Of a DNA stretch of 64,000 bases, positions 16,824 through 25,941 are shown in pieces; the first letter of the stretch is position 1; every line of letters begins with the position of its first letter. The stretch lies in NCBI GenBank assembly GCA_963745075.1, contig CAVUWV010000012.1, positions 170,380-234,379 of the forward strand. Reading direction: 5' to 3'. This DNA comes from Candidatus Hydrogenedentota bacterium (GTDB lineage Bacteria; Hydrogenedentota; Hydrogenedentia; Hydrogenedentales; SLHB01). A program made the translations under genes and the position numbers. A model generated the notes under the pieces. The model had not been told where the DNA came from. It made no database searches and saw only the letters and a list, made by a program, of their open reading frames with translations.

Positions 16824-19292
16824 CTATTCCCCTTCCGCACGATAATCGTAGACCTGCACCTTGGTCCAGTATTTCGAGAACTCCTTGAGGAACGCCTGAT
16901 GCCCCGGGCTTGGCAGGTAGGCGTTCAACGCCGCCTCATCCCGCAGCACCACGGTAAGCCCTACCGTGTAACTGTCATCCGCAATTGGGCGGTCGGCAGC
17001 GAGGGGTCGTCCATAGCGAACCGATTCAACGCCATCGATGGTTTTGAGGCTTTCGAGACCCTGCATGAAGGCGGCCTCCTGTTCGTCGGTGAGTTCGTGA
17101 GCGAGCCAGAAGAGCACCGTGTGCACGACGGGCTGCGCCAAGCGTTCGTTAATCGTCGGCGGGTTGTCCGACGAGAAGGTATCGATGACTCCAATCTCCG
17201 TGCCGTCAGGTTTGAACGCTATCGTTTCTGCCTTCCACGAATCCTCGCCGACTGCGACGCGGACATACTCGTTCACGAGCCCATGTTCATAGCCCGGGAT
17301 GTCCTGGGCGCCACCGACGGTCATGTGCGGCCAATCTTTTACCACCGGTTCGTCGATGTCCAGCCAGCTCCCGCCGCCCGTGATGCAGTAGTACACGCCG
17401 TTTAGGTACCCCCGCTCGTATTCGTGGGTATGGCCGCTGAAGACCGCATCAACCCCGTACCGTTCGAGCAACGGGACGAGCTGCGCGCGCATCGTGGACT
17501 CGCCGTCGATCCAAATCTCACAAAACGGCGGCTCGTGGATAAACAGGAATGTAAACTTGGCGTCCTGGTGCGCTTTCAAATCGCCCTCGACCCAATGGAA
17601 AATATCAGGCCACTCGGTTTCGTAGTCGATGCAGACGAAGTGGCAGTCCGCATAGTCGAAGGAGTAACTGCCGTATCCCGCGTCATAACAAGGCTCGTTC
17701 TTGCTCGGGAACGACGCAAACTTCCGCAGGATCGCCCCGCGATAATCATCGTGGTTACCCCAGGCAATGAAAAAGGGCCGTTTTGCGCCGAGGTGCACTG
17801 CCACGCGATTCAGGAAGAAGTTGCGCGTGTCTTCGTACGAGCCGCCGTCTTCCGCCATATCACCGCACGCGACGCCGAAGTTCACCCCGCTCGCGACCAT
17901 ATGGTCGAACATGCTGTTGGTGGGCTCGTAGATATCGGCTTCGTACGCACCGTGGTTGTGACCCTGGCTGTCGCTCCAGACGGAAAACGCAAACGGTACC
18001 GGTTCCGCCGGCGAGGTCGTAAAGTCAACGGTACCCTCGATCCGAAAGTTGCTCGTTCCGTCTTGCGTCAGCACCGCCGTGGCCGCGTAGGCCGTTCCGG
18101 GTTTCAGGCCGTTAAGCTCCGCCGTGTAAATGTAGCTGTCAAACCCCGACGGGGTGCACGTCGCGGCAACCCGTTTATTCGTACCGGAGACCTCGACTGC
18201 CCCATTCAATGCGCCATTGGTCTCCCACATGATAGTGATGCCGTCCGGCTTCACGCTCATCATGTACGGGGGCGTCAGGAACTCGGCTTTTGGCGTTCCC
18301 GCGACATCAACCATCGCGCAGAGTTGGGGGGACGTTTCAGCGCCGTACTCGTCCTTAATCTCGATGGATACCGGATAGTGCCCGGCTACCTGAAACGCAT
18401 GGGTCGCGCTGACGGGTTCTCCGGAGGCCTGCAAATCAGACCAGGGCGTCAGCGCGGTGTGCGCGCCCGAGTACAACCGGTAGCGGATGCGGTCACCCTG
18501 CGGATCCGATACCGGGATGGTGAACTGAACCGCTTCGCCTGTCTCCGCCGTGAGTTCCGCCGGGTTGCCGCTATAGGCAGCGGCGGTATTGTTCGGGCTG
18601 GGGGGGCGAATGTAGGCGATCGATTTCACCTCCTCGGAACTCAACGCGTGGCCGTAGATCGCGATTCTGGAGACCGTCACTTCCCGGTCGTCGCCGTCGT
18701 CATCGGCAAAGAAGAGCACGCCCCTCGGGTCGAGCGAAAACCGGTGATCCACGTCGGGCGCTTTCGCGTGATTGACGAGTTCACCGTTGAGGTACACGTT
18801 GTACTGTCTCTTAAGGAGATCCGCGCAAATGATGAGCCGGTGCCAGGCGCCCGGTTGGAACGACCATTGCGGCGAAAAGCCGATGAACCCGCTGCCGAGC
18901 ACCCCTTCCCGATTAAGCGTCTCGAAATCCGTGTCATTGTCGTTCGCGAGGGTCGTTTGGAGAATCGCGTGCCCGTCGGTGTCTATCGGAGTCTTGAAAT
19001 CGATGCACAACGAATAAGCATTGACCCGGCGATGGCCGGGTTCTGCCGCAATGCCGTGGACAGCTTCGTAGTAACTGCCTTTGCCAATCGTACAAGCGCC
19101 ATCCCCCTCGGTTACGCCCGTCGTCGGCTGCTGTTCCCCGTGGAGCACCAGGTCACTGCCGATGGTTGCCGCCAACGGGTTGGCCGCATCGTCGAACTCC
19201 CAAAGGGCGACGGGCGAGGGAACGGCGCCAAGACAAAGGCCGCTCGAGGCGAATCCGAAAATGGAAACAGAAAGGACATGAACCAAGCGCAT
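16824..19292 (-). CDS. Secreted metallophosphoesterase: LamG-like, PKD-like, FN3/PAP-N, calcineurin-like catalytic domain, C-terminal Dabb barrel
   Basis: SDSQ, GDM, GNHD, HEPP, GHTHEYER; tail VVHTVLFWL...YLPSPGHQAF...KVQVYDY. Confidence 0.85.
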   Translation of the reverse strand: MRLVHVLSVSIFGFASSGLCLGAVPSPVALWEFDDAANPLAATIGSDLVLHGEQQPTTGVTEGDGACTIGKGSYYEAVHGIAAEPGHRRVNAYSLCIDFKTPIDTDGHAILQTTLANDNDTDFETLNREGVLGSGFIGFSPQWSFQPGAWHRLIICADLLKRQYNVYLNGELVNHAKAPDVDHRFSLDPRGVLFFADDDGDDREVTVSRIAIYGHALSSEEVKSIAYIRPPSPNNTAAAYSGNPAELTAETGEAVQFTIPVSDPQGDRIRYRLYSGAHTALTPWSDLQASGEPVSATHAFQVAGHYPVSIEIKDEYGAETSPQLCAMVDVAGTPKAEFLTPPYMMSVKPDGITIMWETNGALNGAVEVSGTNKRVAATCTPSGFDSYIYTAELNGLKPGTAYAATAVLTQDGTSNFRIEGTVDFTTSPAEPVPFAFSVWSDSQGHNHGAYEADIYEPTNSMFDHMVASGVNFGVACGDMAEDGGSYEDTRNFFLNRVAVHLGAKRPFFIAWGNHDDYRGAILRKFASFPSKNEPCYDAGYGSYSFDYADCHFVCIDYETEWPDIFHWVEGDLKAHQDAKFTFLFIHEPPFCEIWIDGESTMRAQLVPLLERYGVDAVFSGHTHEYERGYLNGVYYCITGGGSWLDIDEPVVKDWPHMTVGGAQDIPGYEHGLVNEYVRVAVGEDSWKAETIAFKPDGTEIGVIDTFSSDNPPTINERLAQPVVHTVLFWLAHELTDEQEAAFMQGLESLKTIDGVESVRYGRPLAADRPIADDSYTVGLTVVLRDEAALNAYLPSPGHQAFLKEFSKYWTKVQVYDYRAEGE

Positions 19293-19437
19293 GGAATTAC
19301 GTACTCCTTCATCGAGAGAAACTGCAACGAATAGCCGCGAGTATTGGTAGTGTACTGAACGTCGGAAGGCAATGAAAGTCATTCGCGCCGGTTGCGCGCC
19401 TGCGAATCTGACCGGCCGGGTGAAAGCCGCTATGAAT

Positions 19438-19472
19438 TGGAAAGACGCCCCCGAGTGGGGGCGTCTCTTCCA
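19438..19472 (-). terminator. Terminator-like hairpin after the PilZ gene
   Basis: agacgccccc-gagt-gggggcgtct. Confidence 0.65.
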
Positions 19473-19536
19473 CTGTCACGTGGGTGTCATGACAGGAGGG
19501 GTGAGGAGCACTTGGTGGCCTTTCGGCCGAAAAAAA

Positions 19537-19905
19537 CTATACCGCTGCGTATGCCGGGGTCGGCCACGTGCCATCGAGGTACGAGCCGAGGCACCCTCGC
19601 TCGTCGTCGGACAGGTCGACAAAACGCACTCCGAACGTGTGCAGCCGGTTGGCTTGCGTGCGCGCCCAGCAGATCCGTCCTTTGCACTCGATGGGCCCGC
19701 CGGATCGGTCCAGCTGCATCCGGATAAGCACCCGTTCTCCCACCACGACGGGGCGCATGCTGCTGAAACGCGCGCCTTCCACCGCGAGATCTTCCGATAC
19801 AGTCCCTCGCGCGGTTTTTTCGTGATGGAAGTCAAGCCAAGCACATACGGCAACTTTGTGCCGTGGGTGCCTGCGTGCTTCCTGCTGTGCTCTTTCCGTA
19901 CTCAT
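19537..19905 (-). CDS. Stand-alone PilZ domain protein
   Basis: RRHPR (RxxxR), DLAVEG, terminal GVRFVDL. Confidence 0.85.
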   Translation of the reverse strand: MSTERAQQEARRHPRHKVAVCAWLDFHHEKTARGTVSEDLAVEGARFSSMRPVVVGERVLIRMQLDRSGGPIECKGRICWARTQANRLHTFGVRFVDLSDDERGCLGSYLDGTWPTPAYAAV

Positions 19906-20331
19906 CAATCCTACTCCGACATTGGCGCCGGAAACCCCGATCAGACTGAGGTTGCAGCGTATCCCTCTCACCTTACTATCCCTTGCGACTGGTTGTGGGT
20001 TCCATGACTTCCGAGCAACCCCGCGGCGATTGCTCGCCGCCCTCGTTTCACCATCTAAGACACCATGCGCCTGGGAAAGGTTTACTGGTTCAAATCCCGC
20101 TGTTCCATTCTTCACTGTCGACGTATACCGTGGTCTATTCATTCACGAATCATCTGAAACTGTGCCATTTTGTGACACCGGCCAAAACACTTAGCCTATA
20201 GGGATGACGCAGAGTATGCGCATCAGAGCCCTCTCCGGATTGCGCATAAAGCCGCGCAGTCCTTGCCGGAGATACGAAGGCGGCGAATAACCGCCCCTCT
20301 TAGGGGTAATGGTAGGATCGGTCACACCCGA

Positions 20332-21354
20332 TCAGATGAAGCGGGATTGCGGATCTTGCGGTGGGGTCTTGCCCACGTGTTTGTAGGCAAGCGGCGTGGC
20401 AACGCGGCCTTGGGGAGTGCGTTTCATGAAGCCGATCTGGATCAAGTAGGGTTCGTGGACCTCCTCGAGAGTCTGCGCTTCTTCCCCGACCGCGACGGCT
20501 AGGGAAGACAGCCCCACCGGGCCACCGCCGAATTTGTCTATCACCGTGTGAAGAATGGACTTATCCATGTCGTCGAGGCCCAGTCCGTCAATTCGCTGGA
20601 GCCGGAGTGCCGCATCGGCAAGCGCCTGCGTAATCACCCCGTCCCCCTTGACTTGCGCATAGTCGCGCACGCGCCGCAGCAGACGATTCGCCACCCGCGC
20701 GGTGCCCCGGCTGCGCGCCGCAATCTCCAGCGCCCCGTCGGGCTCGATTTCCACCCCCAGAATGCGTGCCGACCGCGTCACAATCGCCTCCAATTCCTCA
20801 GGCGAATAGAACTCGAACCGGCAGGTATCCCCGAACCGTGCGCGCAACGGCGGCGTCAGCAGGCCGGAGCGGGTGGTAGCGCCGAACAGTGTGAAGGGTT
20901 TCAATCCAATCTTCATGGACCGGGCCGTGGGACCTTTGCCCAGCATGATATCGACCTCGAAATCCTCCATCGCCGAATACAGGGTTTCCTCCACGGCGTG
21001 ATTTAGCCGGTGGATTTCGTCGATGAAAAGCACGTCAAACTCTTCCAAACTCGTCAGAATCGCGCTGAGATCGGCCTGCCGTTCGATGACCGGGCCCGCC
21101 GTCGATTTGATGTCGACCCCCATCTCCTGGGCCAGAATGCGCGCCAGCGTCGTCTTACCCAGCCCCGGAGGCCCCGACAACAGCATATGATCCAGCGGTT
21201 CCTTGCGCGCTTTTGCGGCGGCGATGGAGATGCGGAGTTTCTCTTTGATCGCCTCTTGGCCGGGAAAGTCGTCCAACCGCTCCGGCCGGATCCGTTCGTC
21301 GTATTCCCGATCCTCGCCGGTGGCTCGTCCGTCCAGTACTTCCTCTTCCGCCAT
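20332..21354 (-). CDS. ruvB: Holliday junction branch migration ATPase RuvB
   Basis: [41 protein letters not shown]. Confidence 0.98.
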   Translation of the reverse strand: MAEEEVLDGRATGEDREYDERIRPERLDDFPGQEAIKEKLRISIAAAKARKEPLDHMLLSGPPGLGKTTLARILAQEMGVDIKSTAGPVIERQADLSAILTSLEEFDVLFIDEIHRLNHAVEETLYSAMEDFEVDIMLGKGPTARSMKIGLKPFTLFGATTRSGLLTPPLRARFGDTCRFEFYSPEELEAIVTRSARILGVEIEPDGALEIAARSRGTARVANRLLRRVRDYAQVKGDGVITQALADAALRLQRIDGLGLDDMDKSILHTVIDKFGGGPVGLSSLAVAVGEEAQTLEEVHEPYLIQIGFMKRTPQGRVATPLAYKHVGKTPPQDPQSRFI

Positions 21355-21357
21355 ACC

Positions 21358-21957
21358 CTACACCTTCGCCATCGATCGCAACGCCGCCCGCACCAGATCT
21401 TCGTCGGATGCGCCGTCGCCCAGCTTCTTTCGCGCCGCGGAGGCGGCTTTTTTCGCTTCACCCATGGTGCATCCCAGCGAGCACAGCGCCGCAATAACGT
21501 CGTCCGCGTCTGGGGCTGCTTCCTCCGCCTCGCCCAAGATCGCGTTCAAGTCCGCGTCCTGCTTCAACTTAGCCTTCATTTCGAGGATGATGCGTTGCGC
21601 GCCCTTCTTTCCAATACCGCTGACCTTGGTAAAAGCATTCAGGTCGTTCTCCAGAATGGCTCGCCCGAACTCCTGCACCGACATGGCCGAGAGCACCGCC
21701 ATGGCCACCTTCGGCCCGATTCCGGACACGCTCAACAACGTCGTGAATAGGGCGCGTTCCTCCTCGCGCAGGAATCCGTAGATGTTGAATGCGTCTTCCC
21801 GGATGTAGCAGTACGTCAACACCGTCACGTTCGAATCCGGCACCAGTTTCCGATAGACCCGGTCCGACACAAAGACCTGGTACCCGACGCCGTTCACGTC
21901 GAGTTCGATGTGGGTAAGCCCCTTGCGAACCACCGTTCCGCGTAGAAATGCAAACAT
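21358..21957 (-). CDS. ruvA: Holliday junction binding protein RuvA
   Basis: VNGVGY, VSGIGPK, GIGKKGAQRIILE. Confidence 0.97.
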   Translation of the reverse strand: MFAFLRGTVVRKGLTHIELDVNGVGYQVFVSDRVYRKLVPDSNVTVLTYCYIREDAFNIYGFLREEERALFTTLLSVSGIGPKVAMAVLSAMSVQEFGRAILENDLNAFTKVSGIGKKGAQRIILEMKAKLKQDADLNAILGEAEEAAPDADDVIAALCSLGCTMGEAKKAASAARKKLGDGASDEDLVRAALRSMAKV

Positions 21958-22029
21958 GGCGCCATGGTATTCGGATCGGGATCGGTTTTCCAGCACGTTG
22001 GCGAACGATAGAGTTACCGATGAAGTTCA

Positions 22030-22078
22030 CCGATCGGACTGATCGGACCGATCCGACCGATCGGTCCGATCCGATCAG
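22030..22078. repeat. About 5 copies of a 9-bp tandem repeat (ccgatcgga-like)
   Basis: ccgatcgga ctgatcgga ccgatccga ccgatcggt ccgatccga. Confidence 0.75.
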
Positions 22079-22089
22079 ATGGCCCAATC

Positions 22090-22172
22090 CGTCATCTTGA
22101 GCGCCAGCAAAGGATCTCTACGGAGCCAAGGCGTATCAGGTTAGAGATCCTTCGCTGGCGCTCAGGATGACG
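22090..22172. repeat. REP-like inverted repeat, family B (GTCATCCTGAGCG type)
   Basis: 31-bp arms at 22090-22120 and 22142-22172 with 2 mismatches. Confidence 0.8.
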
Positions 22173-22217
22173 CGCATGGGTTGTTCGTGCCAGCGGCGCC
22201 CCCCTGCATCGGCACCG

Positions 22218-25200
22218 CTACTCTGACTCCACAATCACCACCGGGCTCGTGACATTCCCGGCTACGACTTCGATGGGCTCGGACACGGTCTTTTGGGATA
22301 TCCCGACGATGTAGGTGCCCGTCGGTAAGTGGCCAATCGTATATGTCCCGGTTTCGTCCGTTTTCGCGCCTTGGGCCAGACTCTTGGCGAGATCCATCCA
22401 ACGTGTCTCGTGAATGTCGCTGTTTAGCACGGCGTCCCACAGTTCGACCGGCAGAACGCCGACTTCTCGGCCCGCAAGAGGCGTTCCGCTTTCATCCATG
22501 ACTGCACCTTCGACGCTTCCCGATTCCTTGATTTCCATCTCTACCAGCAGTTGCTTCTGTTTGTACGTTTCGAAATCGGTATCCGTAATCTCAAACTGCT
22601 TGATTCCCGACGTGGAGCCCGGCTGCACGTAAACCAGCATATACGGTCCAGGTTCCTGGACCACGGCGCCATGCATGGGGTGCATGTCGAAATCGCCGGA
22701 TTCAGGTGCCGCAAGCGGGACCACATAGGTCTTGGCTCCGCTACCATGCATTGGAACGCGTTTGCCGTCTTCGATCCGAAACGGTGCTACCCCCAGATAC
22801 AATGCCGGTTTCGAGGGTCCCTTCCGAGAGTCTGTTTCGTTTGGACGCACGACAAATACACCGGGGTACGGCACATCCACTTCCCCGCTGGAATCCCCTC
22901 TGTCAACGCGGTAGTGACCGGGTGCCAGCCCTGCAAAGGTATATTCACCTCCTCCATCCGTCCGTACATTCGCGATGGAGTCGAACTCGTGGCCTTGGTT
23001 GCCCCACTCGTCCCCCCACGCAATGATGCGATAGAGATTGAAGTAGTATCTGGATTGGGGCTCGCCGTTTGCGTCCTCGAGGCGGACGGTCAGGTCCGCG
23101 CGCGCCGGTTCGAGCCGCACGTAGTACGGCCCGGCGGTCTGTCCCGCCGCCACGGAGATCCGATCCAGCGTCAGCGCTCCCAGACCCTCCACGCGGGCGT
23201 CGAGACGATATTGACCCGGTTCGATGTAGTTCAGCGTGTATTCTCCACTACTCGACGACAACTCGACGCCGAGGTCGGAGTCTCGATTGGTCCGTTTCCC
23301 TGACGCCCGCCGGAAGATGTTGAGGTCATCCAGCTTCGTGACCGGCTCGCCCGACACCGTCGTGACGTTGAGCTGGATCGATCCACTCGGCGGAAGGACA
23401 AAATCCGCTTTGCCCGCTTCATCGGGGGCCAAGTCGAGCGTGACCTTGTCCGTGTAGAGGGGTCCCACGCTCGCGGATAACGTGGCTAGGCCCCCGTCGT
23501 GGCCGAGACAAAAGGTCCCATCCGCAGCGGAGGTGGCCGCTGACCGGCCGGAATCGCCACTCCACCGCAGGATGCGGACGCCTGCCGCCGGCTTCCCGTT
23601 GAAGGTGGTAACCGTTCCGCAGATCAATGTCTTCTGCGTCAGTTCGATGGCCTGCGGTTCAGTCGTCGCGCCCAGCACGCGCTCTTGCGAGAACTCGACC
23701 GGCTGATAGTTGTCGGCTTCGACTCGCACATGCAGCGTTCCGTATCCGACCCGATTGGGGGTTAGCCAGTATTGGCCGTCGGCGTTGGTGTGCGTGTTGT
23801 CTTCCTCACCTGGAACCTCCAGCGAGACGACCTCGATTCGCGCGTTCTCGATGGGTTCGCCCGTGGCCTTGTCGACAATGGTTCCGATGAACCGGCTTCG
23901 TTCGTCGGCAATAAGGACGATCGCCGTGTTTTCTTCGCCCTCGGCGACACCGGTCTCGATGATCCCCATTCCGGTGTCTCCCATTGCCTCCATTGTGGTG
24001 GACACATTCGCGCTTGGCGACGGCCATTCGTGAGTAACCTCGGGATCGCGTGCAGCCACGAAGTTGAGGCCTGGTGAGACGCCCGCAAACGTCGCACTTC
24101 CACGTTCATCCGCCGTGGTCTCCAGCCAGTCCGATTGCGGAGCCGGTGAGAATAACAACGCCATGAGATTCATGCCCGGATGTTCGGCGTCCCCCATAGC
24201 CTCTTGGAGTTGGTTCATTGCCTCCTCCAACTCGGCTTGCGAGACGCCAAATTTGGTCATGATCAGCTCCGCGTAGCTTCGGCCGGACTCCGAGGCGGGT
24301 CCATGAATCCCCTCCAACCGCGCTTCGAAGATCGCTTTCATCGCCTGTGCGACGCGTTCCGCGAAGTCCGGCTCGACATCGGTTTGTGCGAAAAGCCCCA
24401 TGAGTTTGGCCGTATCGAATCGCATGGGAATGACGCGCACTAGGGCGTGGGGCACCGGTTGTCCCGAGTCAACCGGCCGCTGATATACCAGTTGTTTCGC
24501 GACCGCCCCCGAGTCCGTCCGCTCGGTGGGGTATGGGTCCTTGCGCTCCAGATTTACGTGAACCGTCAAGGTGCCCGACCCTTCGGCACCATCGGGAGAG
24601 ACCGGTGGTGTCTCGGCGGATGCTCCGCTGGAAGATGTTGACACAACCGGTTCGTTTGTTAGCGCATCGGCTTGGGTCATAACGAGCTCATCCGCATTGC
24701 TGGCGGGCATACGATCTCGGGACACCTGCCACACGATCGCCGCGGCGATGACCAGTGCTATCCCAAGTCCCAGCTTCATCAGACCACCGGTTCCCAGCGC
24801 GGCGAGTATTCCGGTCGCCGCAGCGGCTTTGCCGCCGTCCATAAGCCACGGCGCGGCGGCGAGCGGCAGGGCCTTAAGGACGCGCCGCTTGGCTGCTTCA
24901 GTATCCGGCCTTGCCACTGCGCGCTGCGGCTCGAGTTCTTTCCACAGCGTTTCGCCGACGAGCTGGCGGCCGTATTGGAGTCGTTTGCGGACGGCGGGTT
25001 CGCGAATCCCGGACTGTTGGGCGACCTCGATGGTGGAAAGGCCTTCAACGTAATGCAACACCATCGCCTCCCGGGTCTTGTCCGGAAGTTTCGCGATGGC
25101 GCGATGAACCCAGGCGTACAGCTCGCGGCGCTGCGCGATCTCCCCCGGGGTTTCGGGAGTTCCGTTTGCCTCGTGTGCCGCGCGTTCAGTGGTCGCCGCG

Positions 25201-25466
25201 CGGCGTGAGACGCTGCGAAGGTGCGTGGTACACGTGTTCCGCGCAATCGTGGCCAGCCAGGGTCCGAACCGCGCGGGGTTGCGTAGCTTGTCGAGGTTGC
25301 GAAACCCTGTGATAAAGGCGTCCTGCGTCAGGTCGTCCACGGTCGCGGGATCGTGGAACCGGCTGGCGCACACGCCCCGCACCATGGGCAGGTAGCGGTC
25401 GACGAGTTGCTCGAAGAGGGTCGTTTGTCCGCGAAGTATGGCGGATATCAGTTCTGTGTCGGTCAT
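22218..25466 (-). CDS. ECF sigma factor fused to a TM helix and repeated carboxypeptidase-regulatory-like beta-sandwich domains
   Basis: sigma2 DDLTQDAF...FGPWLATIARN; sigma4 LPDKTREAMVLHYVEGLS..EVA; TM LGLGIALVIAAAIVW; repeats GTIVDKATGEPIENA, GAVMDESGTPLAG, TDETGTYTI. Confidence 0.88.
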   Translation of the reverse strand: MTDTELISAILRGQTTLFEQLVDRYLPMVRGVCASRFHDPATVDDLTQDAFITGFRNLDKLRNPARFGPWLATIARNTCTTHLRSVSRRAATTERAAHEANGTPETPGEIAQRRELYAWVHRAIAKLPDKTREAMVLHYVEGLSTIEVAQQSGIREPAVRKRLQYGRQLVGETLWKELEPQRAVARPDTEAAKRRVLKALPLAAAPWLMDGGKAAAATGILAALGTGGLMKLGLGIALVIAAAIVWQVSRDRMPASNADELVMTQADALTNEPVVSTSSSGASAETPPVSPDGAEGSGTLTVHVNLERKDPYPTERTDSGAVAKQLVYQRPVDSGQPVPHALVRVIPMRFDTAKLMGLFAQTDVEPDFAERVAQAMKAIFEARLEGIHGPASESGRSYAELIMTKFGVSQAELEEAMNQLQEAMGDAEHPGMNLMALLFSPAPQSDWLETTADERGSATFAGVSPGLNFVAARDPEVTHEWPSPSANVSTTMEAMGDTGMGIIETGVAEGEENTAIVLIADERSRFIGTIVDKATGEPIENARIEVVSLEVPGEEDNTHTNADGQYWLTPNRVGYGTLHVRVEADNYQPVEFSQERVLGATTEPQAIELTQKTLICGTVTTFNGKPAAGVRILRWSGDSGRSAATSAADGTFCLGHDGGLATLSASVGPLYTDKVTLDLAPDEAGKADFVLPPSGSIQLNVTTVSGEPVTKLDDLNIFRRASGKRTNRDSDLGVELSSSSGEYTLNYIEPGQYRLDARVEGLGALTLDRISVAAGQTAGPYYVRLEPARADLTVRLEDANGEPQSRYYFNLYRIIAWGDEWGNQGHEFDSIANVRTDGGGEYTFAGLAPGHYRVDRGDSSGEVDVPYPGVFVVRPNETDSRKGPSKPALYLGVAPFRIEDGKRVPMHGSGAKTYVVPLAAPESGDFDMHPMHGAVVQEPGPYMLVYVQPGSTSGIKQFEITDTDFETYKQKQLLVEMEIKESGSVEGAVMDESGTPLAGREVGVLPVELWDAVLNSDIHETRWMDLAKSLAQGAKTDETGTYTIGHLPTGTYIVGISQKTVSEPIEVVAGNVTSPVVIVESE

Positions 25467-25622
25467 AATGCGTTCCCCGTGGCTTCAGTGTGGCTTACGT
25501 CAACGTGTGATTTCATCCTTAAGTGACCGCACAAGCGCGATATGTGAGAAGCGGAATGCGGGATCGTCTCAACGCAAATCCTCGCCAGTAATGGCCAAGT
25601 ATTCCGCAAGAGGCTGGCAGCG

Positions 25623-25849
25623 TATGGAGTGCGGCCGCTTGCGGCTGCTTTTCTTCGGTTGATCGCCGATCACCTAACTGGGTGATAGGTCTCGAGTGAT
25701 CGCGTCAAGCTCTTCGCCTGCCGAAGTTACGGGAAGTCACCGCAGTCTGTAGAGTGACACCTTCGCTCCGTCGCAAAGGTCCACGGTACGGTGAAATTAG
25801 GGCCGTTGCGTTATGCGGAAGAAAAGCAGCCGCAAGCGGCCGCACTCCA
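25623..25849. repeat. REP doublet / MITE-like element, family A, copy 2
   Basis: Perfect 32-bp inverted arms at 25625-25656 and 25818-25849; same arm sequence as 13725-13880. Confidence 0.85.
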
Positions 25850-25941
25850 AAGTTGTCTCTCCGCATGCTCAAACTGGGCGCGGGCGATCGGCGGACTTGA
25901 CGCAATTGCTCCGTACGCACCCCCCGCGTTATCGTAACCCC

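Noticed and set aside
20082..20103. GGTTCAAATCCC tRNA or att-like motif
   Set aside because: Flanks do not pair, no cloverleaf, no integrase nearby.
20152..20168. sigma54 promoter for pilZ (TGGCACAGTTTCAGA, minus strand)
   Set aside because: The -12 position reads GA rather than GC.
20180..20290. c-di-GMP-I riboswitch upstream of pilZ
   Set aside because: Only a GACGCAGAG fragment resembles it, it is on the wrong strand, and the GGCAAA/GAAA elements are missing.
22030..22078. CRISPR array
   Set aside because: Contiguous 9-bp units without spacers; no cas genes.
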